Source of the DNA: Yuukianura sp. NJ FZ-2021
Taxonomy: Eukaryota
Assembly: GCA_046563655.1 (NCBI GenBank)
Contig: CM102284.1
Coordinates: 2,356,001 to 2,420,000, forward strand
DNA: 64,000 bases
Reading direction: 5' to 3'
Shown here: piece by piece, positions 12,242 to 23,819 of the stretch
Position numbering within the stretch: position 1 is the stretch's first letter
Layout: every line of letters begins with the position of its first letter
Position numbers and translations under genes: made by a program
Notes under the pieces: generated by a model
Database searches by the model: none
Told to the model about the DNA's origin: nothing
What the model saw: the letters and a program-made list of their open reading frames with translations, nothing else

Positions 12242-15200
12242 TCAAACACAGTCATCACTGCTCCATTTGACAAGTTCTTCCATGAAGTACTGAACAAACT
12301 TTTCTGCACGCAGTTCCTCACTTGATACGATGCTTTCGTCTAGTTGCAAAACGAGCCGAACTCCGTCTTTACAACTTGCGAAAAAATATGCCATTCCATC
12401 CCCACTTTCGTCTGTAAAAAGAAAATGTAGTATCTATACTTTGTATTTATATATAATGTAATATGTGAAGAAATTTACCTGTATCCGCAAGACCAAATCC
12501 AAACACCGTTCTAAGACAATTCTTGCCCTCTCTGAAATAGACGTCCTTCTCTGCAAACTGAAAAGGAGTGCCATATAAATTGTAGTTGAGGGGAAACCTC
12601 AACGTGAAGATTTACGTAAACTTAGATTTACGTTTTAGTTTTTTCAAACTTATGTAGTTATTATTGTCGGCGCCTTTGCGTTGAGTTTCACAAACAAAAG
12701 TAAGCCAGTGGTAAAGCAATACGCTAGAATAAGTTTTTCCGCGGTTTTCTGCCTGCTATGGGTACTCCCGTACTTTTATTCCTCTGATAACTACTCCCTT
12801 CACTTGGCATGCGTCATTCCACTGAAAGCGTGATATCATACCAAGTGGGGGGAGTAACTATCAGAGCGAGAAAAGAGCGGGAGTAATAATGGGAGACAGA
12901 AAATCACGAGCAAAGCCTAAACCCCTCTGTTTTCGTTTCATATGTTCGAATTCAAAAACGGCGGCAAAACTTGTATTAGTACTTTGAAACAAGCCGTATT
13001 TTTTTTACCGGGCTGTTGGTGAAGACGCAATATCCACCATCGAATCCTCTTATAGCTTTGTTTCTCCACGAGTCCGGGAGACTGCCTAATATTTTCGTAC
13101 ACACAAAGGTAAATTGTGGATTGGTAGAGGCAATATCGGCTTGCAGCGACATTTCGTTTGCTTTGAACGCCCCAGGCGCGTCCATATCAAGTGGTATCAC
13201 TGAGCGCAAAATTGTACTGAAAAAAATATTTGTTTTCATTTCAAGAATTAGTATGTTGTTTTAAATATATTTTGCATTATGTTCATCAAAACTTTTTTAT
13301 ACATATTACTTGTGGTTTCTCATTCCGTCTGGATGGTTAGGAACACCCCGAGTGGAGATGCATATGAGTTGCTTCGGAGGTTCGTACGCAGCGGCCCGAA
13401 GAAACCTAACGTATGCCCTTGACAACACTGTGAGCAGCGTGGCAGTGTAGCTCACACCTTGTGACTTCCGAATTCTTTTGATTATTAAGTAGCGAAAGTA
13501 TGAGCTACTTTATGTTTTTCCCCGAGTCTGTCTGTCTGTCCGTCCGTCCGTCCGTCCGTCCGTCTGTCCGTCCGTCTGCTGGTCAAGCTACCTCTGGAAC
13601 CGCTGGACCGATTTTCAATCTGTCTTCACAGATGAACTTGACATGGTCTGGGGGTGAACAATCGGTCACCCATTTGACCGGAAGTAGACCCCTTAAGGGT
13701 CAAAGGTCAAGGTCAAGTACATTTATGACTGAAATCGGAAAAATGACCTTTACAAAAGTTGTTCATCTCATTAAACTGAACAACTTTTGTATAGGTGACC
13801 TTGGCCTTTGACCTGGGGTTCTGGAGATATTGACCTTAGAAGTTGCATAATGGCGTCGCTCATACTATTCGCGTCTATAACTCCAGAACCACTGGAGTGA
13901 TTTTCAATCTGTCTTCACATTTGCGCTTCACATGTTCCAGGGGTGTCTAATCAGTGTCCAGCTTGACCGGATGTTGTCCAGGTCCGGGTCAAAGGTCAAG
14001 GTCAAATACACTTTTGACGGAAATCGGGAAAATGACCCTTACAAAAGTTATCCATCTCATCGAGACGAACAACTTTTGTATAGGTGACCTTGACCTTTGA
14101 CTTGGGGTTCTGGAGATATAGACCTTAGAAGTTGCATAATGGGGTCACTCGTGATATTCGCGTCTATAACTCCAGAACCACTGGAGCGATTTTCAGTCTT
14201 CACAGATGAACTTGACATGGTCTGGGGGTGAACAATCGGTCACCCATTTGACCGGAAGTAGACCCCTTAGTCCCTCGTCCTACTCGGGGAAGTATGACCT
14301 ACTTTATGTTTTCCCCCAATTCTGCCCGTCTGTCCGTCTGCCTGTCTGCAGTATAACTATACCTTCGAAACCCCTGGACCGATTTGCAATCTGTCTTCGT
14401 AAGTCAGTTTGGCATAGGGGGTGATTAATACGGCTCCGGTTTTACCGGAAGTGCACTCTAGCTTCCTTTCGCTACTTACGTACGGCGTTTACAACGGTTT
14501 ATTTCCAATGGCACGACCGGAGTTACGCCAATGTTGAGTTTATTTTTTAACCGTCCTCCGCCAAGTCTGTAGCCTTTGTTGGCCAGTTTTTCTCTCTTCT
14601 CCATCAAAACGTAACTCCAAGGTCCAAAGAAATAAGTTTTCAACATTCCGTACAACCCATATTTCTGGTTAGATTGGCTGGACTTTTGAGTCACGGGATT
14701 AATTCCTATTTCTGTTGCGTGGTAACCGAACAAGTCGTGGCAAATTTCACGAAAACACGTTCCGTCGCCTAGTCATGCAATTCAAAAATCCAGTACTAAA
14801 TAGCAGTTATATATACTACTTCATATCTAAAAATGGCTTATTTGATTTAAATACATTTGAACGTGGTTTTAGCGTATGTTCCCGTCATACGTACATTCAT
14901 GTATGCTCCGAGTATTAAAAAAACCAAAATCAACATTTAGTATAAAGCGCGTAGTACGTATCAAGTGCCATGTCAGATAGATGCATACGTATACCTTTTG
15001 TTTTTAAATGTTTTTCAAAAATACTTTTTCTAAACTAATTCGACAATATGTCTGAACAAAAATTGTTACCCAGGATGTGATGGACTTTGAACACCAAAAT
15101 TGTTCCCAAGTATCCTTCACTTCCAGTGCTGAATACTGGCGTGTCTCTGAAATTTTCTATCACTATAAGTTCCCATGGTGACTGCTCTTGGCTCCAAGGC

Positions 15201-15697
15201 TTCCTCAGTACCTTGTCTTCCACAATTTCCGCAATTTGATTTACCGTCTTTTCCTTCTGATTCCAAACTGGATCCTCTTCCAGAACATTAACATGATTTC
15301 TAATATCAAAAGCTTCTTCCCAATGCCAAAACGAAAAACCGCAAATTGGCTTCAGAAATTGTTGCAATTCCGGTCTCATCAGTTTGCCTCTTGCATTTCT
15401 TTTCAACACAACTCTAGAGTAGAACGCCTCCCGGACTTCTTCCAATTCAAGTTTTCCTTCTACTCCAAAAATGATGGCCATGCGTACTTCATTTTCGGGT
15501 ATTGTCTTTTTAAAAATAGCACTTCCACGTTCCACAATCCCGCCAACTTTTGAATTGAACAACGGGACACATACAGACAGGAGAAAACGAAAAAAGTTCA
15601 CAATTAGCAGAAACGGAACCACTGTAAAGCTAAGCAACACCCATATAATTATGGATGCCGCACACGCAGACGCCGTTGTCCTGACGACGGAAAACAT
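12242..15697 (-). pseudogene. WS/DGAT-like copy D (A/B type), exon 2 interrupted by a ~1 kb insertion
   Basis: All five exons are recognisable (HHILG|DG), but exon 2 is split at VVPLE-I/IKRIRKSQ by the element at ~13483-14503. Confidence 0.85.
13483..14503 (+). mobile_element. DINE-1/HINE-like (non-autonomous Helentron-type) element
   Basis: 13 bp subterminal inverted repeats (taagtagcgaaag 13486-13498 / ctttcgctactta 14466-14478), a short partial IR next to the 5' subTIR, a (GTCY)n microsatellite, ~290 bp internal tandem repeats with an acaaaagttgtt/aacaacttttgt hairpin, and T-rich ends. Confidence 0.8.
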
Positions 15698-16324
15698 AGC
15701 GTACGACAGCCAACACCTTTCAGTTGAACACCAACATTAAGTAATCGACTAATGTTTGTGTTTTCAATGAAGATATTTTAATTGAAACCAAATGTTATTG
15801 ACAGGCGACTTTTTAGAGATCTCTAAGAATGATCATGATCTCTCGCAAGCAGGAGCTGGTTTTGTGACATGAAAAACTAATTGTCAAGTTGTAAAGTAGC
15901 CACATCATTATCGTTAATTAGGATAATTAGTTTTGAGGTCGTGGGGATTCAATCAGGCGATTCCTTGGTTATTCAATATTAAAATAGCACAATACAAGAG
16001 TTGGGTTGAATTTTAAGCTTTGAGATTCATTAATAATCTTATTCACGTCTTTCTGTCCATCTGATTGGTCACGCAATTGTTTCGAGAACTACTGTACCTT
16101 ATTTCATAATTACTAATGTAAATTATACAAAACTTTAGTCATACTAGAGTGTGGAGAGTCATACTAGAGTGTGGAGTCTGCATGGGACACATTGACCTTT
16201 GACCTTTTCAAAAACAAATTGATGTTAGGTATCAAGCTGGATTACGTTCAACTTTAACACAAAACTAAACTACTAGAGATGCACATGTGCAATGTTAATT
16301 GTCATCATTCATCAAGCTAGGTTA

Positions 16325-17384
16325 TCAAACTAATATTTCACTACCGCTCCAGAATTCTAGTTCTTGTAAAAAAAATTTAATAAAAATTTCCGGTTCAAGA
16401 AACTCTTGTGGAACAGTTTGATTTCCAATTTGAAAGACGAGGCGAATGGCGACGTTGCTACTGTAGCATAACCAGATGATTCCATGTCCATCTTCGGAAA
16501 AATTTACATTGTTTAAATTTTAAACCCAACATTTTTTCTTACGATTTTTTTTCTGAAATTGCTTCAAATCGTAGGATAATTTTTTATATTCATTTTACCT
16601 GCTCGTTTAAACCCCACTACAAAGACAGTTCTTTTAGACGATTCACGCCTATGAATTTTAAGTCATTTTTTGTCACCTAGCAGCAAACGAAAAAAATTCT
16701 CCGCTTTTGAAATCCTTTTTGAGATAAATTCTTCGAATTTACGATATTCTTTCCTTACAGCAGCGTTTGTGAAGCCCATGAGAGCTCGATCTGGCGCGAT
16801 TTTTGGAAACGTTCCGCCTTTTTCGCGTAATGAAGCCCAAAGTAGTCCACCCAAATTAATTGCGAATAACACAAATCACGGGGTGGTCGACTCTAGGTCA
16901 TGCAAAATTGAAGAATCTACAGCTTTAAACATTTTGGGGCTGTTTTCGGAACTGTCAAACAGCGGAACTTGCGATTGTACCATTGTCCTAAATATTGTCA
17001 AAAAATTGCGTTGTCGTTTACACACTGCTGAACTTTAGAAAATGCAAAAGTAGCATTATGCGTGCTCTCACATGTCGTTTCTCATGGCTACCAGGATTTT
17101 TCTACGTCGACCTCGTACGGAAAAGCAAGGCAGAAACTGAGGGGGCTGTGAACCTGCGTTTCGCAGAAGCTTGACATAACTCTTGGCTATAAGTGTGACC
17201 AAAACTGCCGTAAAACTGACTCCCTGTGACCTCTTGATACTTTTAATGAGGTCTACTGGAATAGTTGGAGTGACGCTCATGTTGAACCGATTTTTGTTTT
17301 TAGGTGATTTGACTGGCGACACTTCGTTTCCAATTGACTGAATTTTTGTTGCTAGAATTATATTTCGAATTCCAAAAAAGTAAA
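16325..17384 (-). pseudogene. WS/DGAT-like copy E (C type), 5'-deleted and frameshifted
   Basis: Matches copy C exons 2(part)-5. At 17384 it jumps to sequence matching the copy C upstream region (~11140), so exon 1 and the motif are gone. There is an extra TT in exon 4 (gttcttttagac vs gttcttagac). Confidence 0.85.
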
Positions 17385-18309
17385 GCTTTATTGCTTAGGC
17401 ACGTGAGAATGTGCTTCACTGTTGTGAACAAAGGCAAAACACTATGATAATTGTAGTGAATCCATATCAAATAAGACTCTTCAAAACTATTTTGACAGAT
17501 TTATGTCTGTATTGGCTATTATTGTTGACGGCCTCAAAAAAAATAACTCAAGGTATTCTACTACTAAAAAAACGATACATGCTACATGGAAAAAGTCGAA
17601 AGACTTATTTAATTAGTTGATTGGGAACGAGTTTGACAGAAAAGTATTTTATTTCGGGGCTACCGGGGCACAATTTTGCCTAAAAGAGGAAACGATACAA
17701 GAACATCAATGACAGTGGCGGTAAAACTAAAATAACGTAAACACCTTCACCCAGATACTAGAACGTCCCATTCCGGAAACAAATTCCGGTTTGGAAAACC
17801 ATATAAACATGCAGCTTGCACGCACACAGTTTACTCTTGCTGTTTTTCCTTTCAGTTTATTTTCAAAATTTATATTTATATAATTCTTATTAATTTATAT
17901 GATTATTATTATAATTAACATTAACAATTTCTATGCCTATTACATTTCAACGTAATCCGGATTAATCACATCCGTACATATTTTTATACGCAGTTCTTGT
18001 GAGGTCAAGGTCTTACTGATGAATTACCACAATTCTGTAGCAACTTAAATGGCTGGAATTAGAACTTAAAAAAAAAGTAAAAAGAGAAAGCAAAATTAAT
18101 GTCGTAAACCATGACATGAATTGAAATTTTTAATACTTTTAATTAGGATTCCACTTGTTTTATTTCTCAATAAATTTTGCTGTTTGCATTTTGATATTTT
18201 ATGTCTCCAAAAAATGTCAGGGGGTTTCAAAATGTTGATGTATTACTTACAAATATGACGACATGACGTTTTTCTTCACGTCGTCTTCACATTTTTTTCT
18301 TCTTTTCTC

Positions 18310-21300
18310 CTAACCACTAACATTCTTGCTGCAAATCAACTTGTGTTTCAAAATTTTCCAGTCATGTTCCTGACAAGTTGAGTTGCAGTAAGTTGCTCGC
18401 TTGCAGCGTCCGCATCGTGACTTGGCGCCTTCCGAACCACAAAAGCGACATCTATTTTCTACACTAGGACTTTGTAGGAACAAAGAAGAAATGTCGTCTA
18501 CCCTTATTCCAAATTGTCCATCAGAAGCCAATCGCATGTACGGATTCAAGATGCTCAGTTTGGCGCCAAATCCAAGTTTTTGTTGAACCAGTTTTACATC
18601 CTTGTCGGGAAAGTTGTAGATATATGCCCTCATGACATCTCCCATTTCATCTTCCAAAGCGAGACGAATAGACGGAAGCACTAGTCCAGTAGTATCTTCA
18701 ATGCTTGTGACCTGAAGGACATATCCTTCGTAAACTTTGTCTTCTAAAGTGTCCATAGCACTGAAGGTAATTGGTTTAAGGCCAATTAGTTTGGCAGGGG
18801 CTTTTTGCTTGTTGTACGGTGCAGTGGTGGTTTTGATCATATCACGGCCTTTTAAATTCTTAGAAAGTTCTCGACATTTCGCTATGGCTTCACGGTGAGC
18901 TTTAATCTGAAGAACGCGCCCAGCATCGGTAAGTTTTTCGAAACTGTGAACTGTAAGGGTCGTATGCTTAATGCCAAAGTCAAAGTAAGGTTTGACCACG
19001 GTTCACCTAACCACGACCTAACCTTAACCCCTTGGTCAAAGTTATTTTCATATTTTTAATGAAAAAGTGAACCGAGGCTAGCTAACCTGACGGTCAAGGT
19101 AAAGTTGACCGAGAGTTACGATTTCACTTGTCACATTTTTCTCAACCTTTTCACATAGCAGAAGTGGACACGAAATATGACAAGTAGAATTATAACCCTC
19201 GGTTAACTTTTACTTTACTCTGACCGGAAGGTAAGCTAACCGCGAGTCACTTGTTCTTTACTGACAACAAAACAAATCACATGTTCACATCAGTTCAAGG
19301 TCTTAGCTTTTTGTTAGTTTTACCGTAATTAATGGAGCCAATTAACATAGTTACTGATGGGTTGGTAATTACCATTTCATTATATTGTTATTTTGGTTAG
19401 ATTTCAATTTGCTCAAAGATACTTTTCTGATTAGTTGACGATGATGGATTCGTCTAGAAAGTCCCCTTAAGCGAGAAAATGAACGTTAATTAGTCAATTA
19501 TTAGTTTTACATTAGTTTTATAATTAAAATGTCAAAAATGTCCAAAAAACTAGTCGCTAACCCTACCCCCTGACCAGGGTTGGATTTTTGACCTCGGGTT
19601 ACGGTTCACTCAGCTTACCGAGTGTCACATTTTCGATTAAACATATGAACTCCTAACTTTTACTCGAGGGTAAAAGTTAAGTTGACCACGGGTTGAACCA
19701 TTGGTCAAAGTAATTTGAAAACTGCATTAAACATATGAAAACCTTACTTTGACCTGTGAGTCAAGGTAAGGTTACGCTTACTTCGGCATTAAGCATACGA
19801 CCCTAAAGCATGCGTTTGACACAGGTTTATGTACGGCAACAGCAACTGGCTTTACAGTATTCATATCACTATTATTCATAATTTTCATTTTCTCAATCAT
19901 CGTCATGCAGACTTGTATGAGCAACTCCTTCTGTTCAGATTCATAAGGGAGATAGCACGGAAGCTGAATACCTTCTGCTGCCAGGCCTTTGTGATAAAAT
20001 CCCTCAACTGCTGAAGTCCAGGACAGGTCTAGTTTCGTATCACTTTGAAAAGAATGCATGAAGCTCTTTAAGACATACTCATTTGCGATTGCGTAGAACG
20101 ATTCCGGAATTTTGCGATGATCTGGTGGGGCGAGACTGATGAATCTTTCATATGCAGAAATGACGTCGTCTCTATCTGAAGCTTCAAGTAATCTCGACTG
20201 TACTGCCCTGCAGTATGATAGTTCAATATCATTTGGAAAAAGTTCCAACGACTTGACTACCTCACGTAACCCATCATCATATTGTTTTAGGAAACCAAAC
20301 AAACTGGAATGGAGACGGTGAAAGGCGACTTCTTCTGGGTACTTCAGTTTGGAACATTTGACAAAATCAGCACAACGTTTTAGGTTATGTGGATTCATGT
20401 AGCCGTAACAAATTCGAGCTTCTTTGTCCAACACCGAGGTTTCGTTGGGATTCAATGATTCCAAAACGGAATCAATAACATTAGATAAGTGCGATGCGAG
20501 GTCCAGTGATAACATGACGACTGTTTCCTCAACGCGGAAACATTCCGCAAATTCGTGAATGATACTCTGTTGGACTTGTTGTGACGGTCGTGGGCCATGT
20601 TCCAGTAGTAGTGATGCCCCAGCCACAAAATGTTGCCTCGCTGTTAATATTTTTCTTGCTGTCTTTGAACCATTTTGGGCATTTTTTTTAACTTCGTCGT
20701 AATCAAATTCAATTCCTGGCCCCCACCCTAGAGGGTTGTTGCTAGCTTTCTCGCCACGCACGTAGAGCTTCTGCAAATTCTCGGCTAAGTTAACGGCCTC
20801 GGGGTCGACAGCATTAATTAAATTCTTTGTTCTATCTTTTAGGCTAAGACCTTCAGAATTGATTCCAGCGCTCCTTTCAAACTCTTTCAATTCGAGTTCT
20901 ACTTTTTTGTGTTCCTCTTCCACGGAGTTCATTCTTTCTTCGAAATCGGCAGCGTTAAGCTTGGCATCCAAGCTTCCATGTTTAACGGCTCGGTTGAAGT
21001 ATTCTCGAGCCTGACCTGGATCTTGTTCAATTTCTAAGTAGTAATTTGCCAAAGATTGCATTGCAAGAACGTTTCCTTGAGATGCCGATAACTTCCAGTA
21101 CTGTACTCCCCTCTCGGGATTTAAGGGAACTCCACGGCCAGACATGTAGAGTTGGGCTAAATTATTTGAACTGCCGCTAAAGCCGTGGTCTGAAGCTCTC
21201 TTGTACCAGCGGGCAGCTTCTGCGCAGTCCTCTTTTACACCAATTCCTTCCTGATACGTCAGTCCTAACGAATGTTCAGCTTCCGCAACACCGACGTTTC

Positions 21301-22558
21301 TCAGAACACCTCGTAACAAATGGGACTGAGATGCCGCTTGATGCATCAGCTTGATGGACATTTTAAAATCCTGTTGTACGCCTCTTCCATGCTTGTACAT
21401 CAATCCCAAGTTGTATAGCCCCTCGGCATTTTGTAACGAAGCAGCTTTGGCGAAAAGAGAGGCAGCCCGTTTGTAATCACCGTTAAGAACAAATTTGTGT
21501 GCTTGTTGAACGTGTGATGAGCCGGGAATTAGTTCGTCGCCGTGTACGGAATAGAGTTCCAGAAGCTTCTTTGCAGTCGTATTATCGTCCTTTAATCCTA
21601 ATCTTGTACTAAGTTTTTTCAGAAATTCATTTTCACTCGCTGGCATTTGAGCAGGATCTAAATGCTCTTTACGTCGACTCTGGCCTTGTTTTAGTCGGCA
21701 ATTATCGCGAGCTGTGACTATTTCTGGACGACCGGGACCGAAGGCGAGAGCTGAATCAAAAAACTCTAGGGCTTCATCAAACTTCTCCAGAGCTACATAA
21801 GCGTTTCCAACACGGAAGTATCCGCGGTACCAAGTTCTATTCAAATTGACAGCTTCTTTTGCATCCTGAAGAGCCAGGTAAATAAATTCTAGCTCAATAC
21901 GGCTCTCATTTTGTCTTGACATTCCAAGATAAGCAGCGGATCTGTTTGAATACAATATCGCCACTTCCGTTGTAGGTACGCCTGAGCAGGAAATTGCCGT
22001 CGTGTATAGCTCAACGGCTTCGACGAATTTTCCGTTCTTACAAGCTGCATTTCCATCTTCCTTCAATTTTGCAGCTTTCTGGATATTGGCAGTTTCATCT
22101 GGAAGACTCGGTGATTCCAAAATTTGAATGTCCGAAACGGAACCTCCAAAGAAAGTGAGAACTGGTACAGCTTGATGCCACAACTCTTCAAAAAGTACAT
22201 CCTCAATGTTAATGGAAGGGTGATGGAACAGTTTGTTTCGGACTATCTTAATATCCCCAAGGAATTTCCGTTCCTGTTTGTCCTGGCTCTTATTCCGCGA
22301 ACTATTGAACTGGAGTAATATATCTGTTAGCAGGGTTGTGTCCCAACGATTTACATCTCCGGATTTGATAGCTTCTTTCTGAATTTTTCCAGCCTTTTCA
22401 AACATTTTTCTTCCGATTCCATTGGTAAATACTGTAGTGGGTGAAAGGGACCAATCTTCGCCTGTCTCTTCATTCCACCTTTTCAAGAACACATTTCGTA
22501 GTAGAAAATTAATTCGGTCCAATAACTTGTGAATTTTTGAAAAATTTGAATCCCCACT
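18310..22558 (-). CDS. DZIP3-like HEPN - TPR - Sel1-like repeats - TPR/helical - beta domain - MYND zinc finger protein (~1120 aa reconstructed), interrupted by a MITE
   Basis: N-terminal WDTTLL...VRNKLFHH...FEELW (HEPN RNxxxH); TPR LKEDGNAACKNGKFVEAVELYT...LYSNRSAAYL; Sel1 repeats (YNLGLMYKHGRGVQQD, LGLTYQEGIGV, LAQLYMSGRGV); C-terminal CRFC..CGRC..YCNSTCQEHDW..HKLIC. Removing the MITE joins the two ORFs in frame. Confidence 0.85.
18957..19803. mobile_element. PIF/Harbinger-type (Tourist-like) MITE, 847 bp
   Basis: Perfect 19 bp TIRs gggtcgtatgcttaatgcc / ggcattaagcatacgaccc, 3 bp TAA target duplication (18954-56, 19804-06), no coding capacity. Confidence 0.92.
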
Positions 22559-23153
22559 CTATAGTCGATAGAAGTCACCATTCAGTTATTTTTTTTAGTT
22601 CAAGTATCTGGAAACTAATATTTACTAACAATTGTTGCTTTTACCATTATATTGGTTGGATAGTAATTGTTGTCAAATTGTAGCCAAGTACAAATCCAGA
22701 TTTTCGTATCGGTTTTGTCAACCAATATGAGGCGACACAGTCTTCAATTGCATAAATCAAAAACATTTGTTGTTTAATTTTGTGTCAAGTTAAAGTATAT
22801 AAGCTTTAAAAGTATTCGTTGGCTACCTGGAGAGGAATATGTGTTAGGAATTAATGTAGATGTGACTGTCACTACCTATTCAGCTGATGTCTCCAATATG
22901 ACAAAAAATTCAAAAATAAGCATTTGTGATAAACCTTGTCACAAATTATCTGTACTGCACTTTTACCTCGAAAAAATATTTAGTATTCCTGATCTAAATG
23001 ACGCAAACCTTTTGCATCCTACACCACTTTGCTTTTGTGGCGTATCGTCACTTTTTTTAGTCATACTCATAACAGATCCTAACAGAACTCAAATGATAGC
23101 TAACACAATGGCCTCACACAAAGGATTGGAGAGTGATTTGCATTGCATAGTTC

Positions 23154-23360
23154 TTATAGTTTGTCCCTTTAGAATACGGTTTTCAAATCTGGAAAAATTT
23201 CAGTCGCCTTTATTAGATAGATTTTTTCGAAATTGTATGTTTACAATTTTTGAAATAAAAAAGGATTTGAAATTTTGTATGCAAACCAGACGAAATAAAC
23301 TAATAAGTTTTCTAAAGCGTTGCAATCGAAGTAAAAAAAAATCCGCCTTCTAAAAAGTTA
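23154..23360. mobile_element. Degenerate copy of the MITE at 49784-50002 (opposite orientation)
   Basis: ttatagtttgtccctttagaatacggttttcaaatctggaaaaatttcagtcgcctt matches the reverse complement of 49940-50002; ends in ccgccttctaaaaa. Confidence 0.6.
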
Positions 23361-23819
23361 CAGAATAAAAGCTAGTTCGCGTCAATGACCAATATTGTTT
23401 TTGTTTATCAGTATTAGAAAAAAAATATAGTGTAGTGGATGATTAAGTGGAAACTCAAACTGCACGACTAAAAACGCGAGGTCGAAAACCTTTGTGAATT
23501 GTCATTTGAACTCTTTACGTTCTTTAATATTTGTTTCGATTTTTATTTTAACTCAGTTTACAACCAAATACGTTGTTATGTTTTGATGAAGTTGAACATT
23601 TGACGTTATATTTTGAAGTGTTGGTAAATTCCAAATTCCAAATTTATTCTTTAAAGTCATACTCATATTATTTCTTAAAACGGAAACAAGTTTGTTTAAA
23701 GTAAAAGTAGCCAGTTTGATCAAGAAAATTGTGCAACGAAAAATTAAATTTAGTTTAGAATTTTGAAAAAAAAATTTTTTTGAATGAAAGTATTGAAGTT
23801 ACGATTGCTGTTTTATTTG

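Noticed and set aside
13500-14424. ORFs with SVRPSVRP repeats
   Set aside because: Translations of the GTCY microsatellite and internal repeats of a non-coding element.
4470-15553. Repeated plus-strand ~123 aa ORFs (4470, 8055, 15188)
   Set aside because: Antisense shadows of WS/DGAT exon 1, conserved only because of the duplication.
16137-16180. 20 bp direct repeat agtcatactagagtgtggag
   Set aside because: Simple local slippage duplication with no further structure.
18310-18999. Stand-alone 229 aa MYND protein
   Set aside because: Its first residues come from the MITE; it is the 3' part of the HEPN-TPR gene.
22841-23353. 170 aa plus-strand ORF
   Set aside because: Non-ATG start, no motifs, and it overlaps a degenerate MITE.
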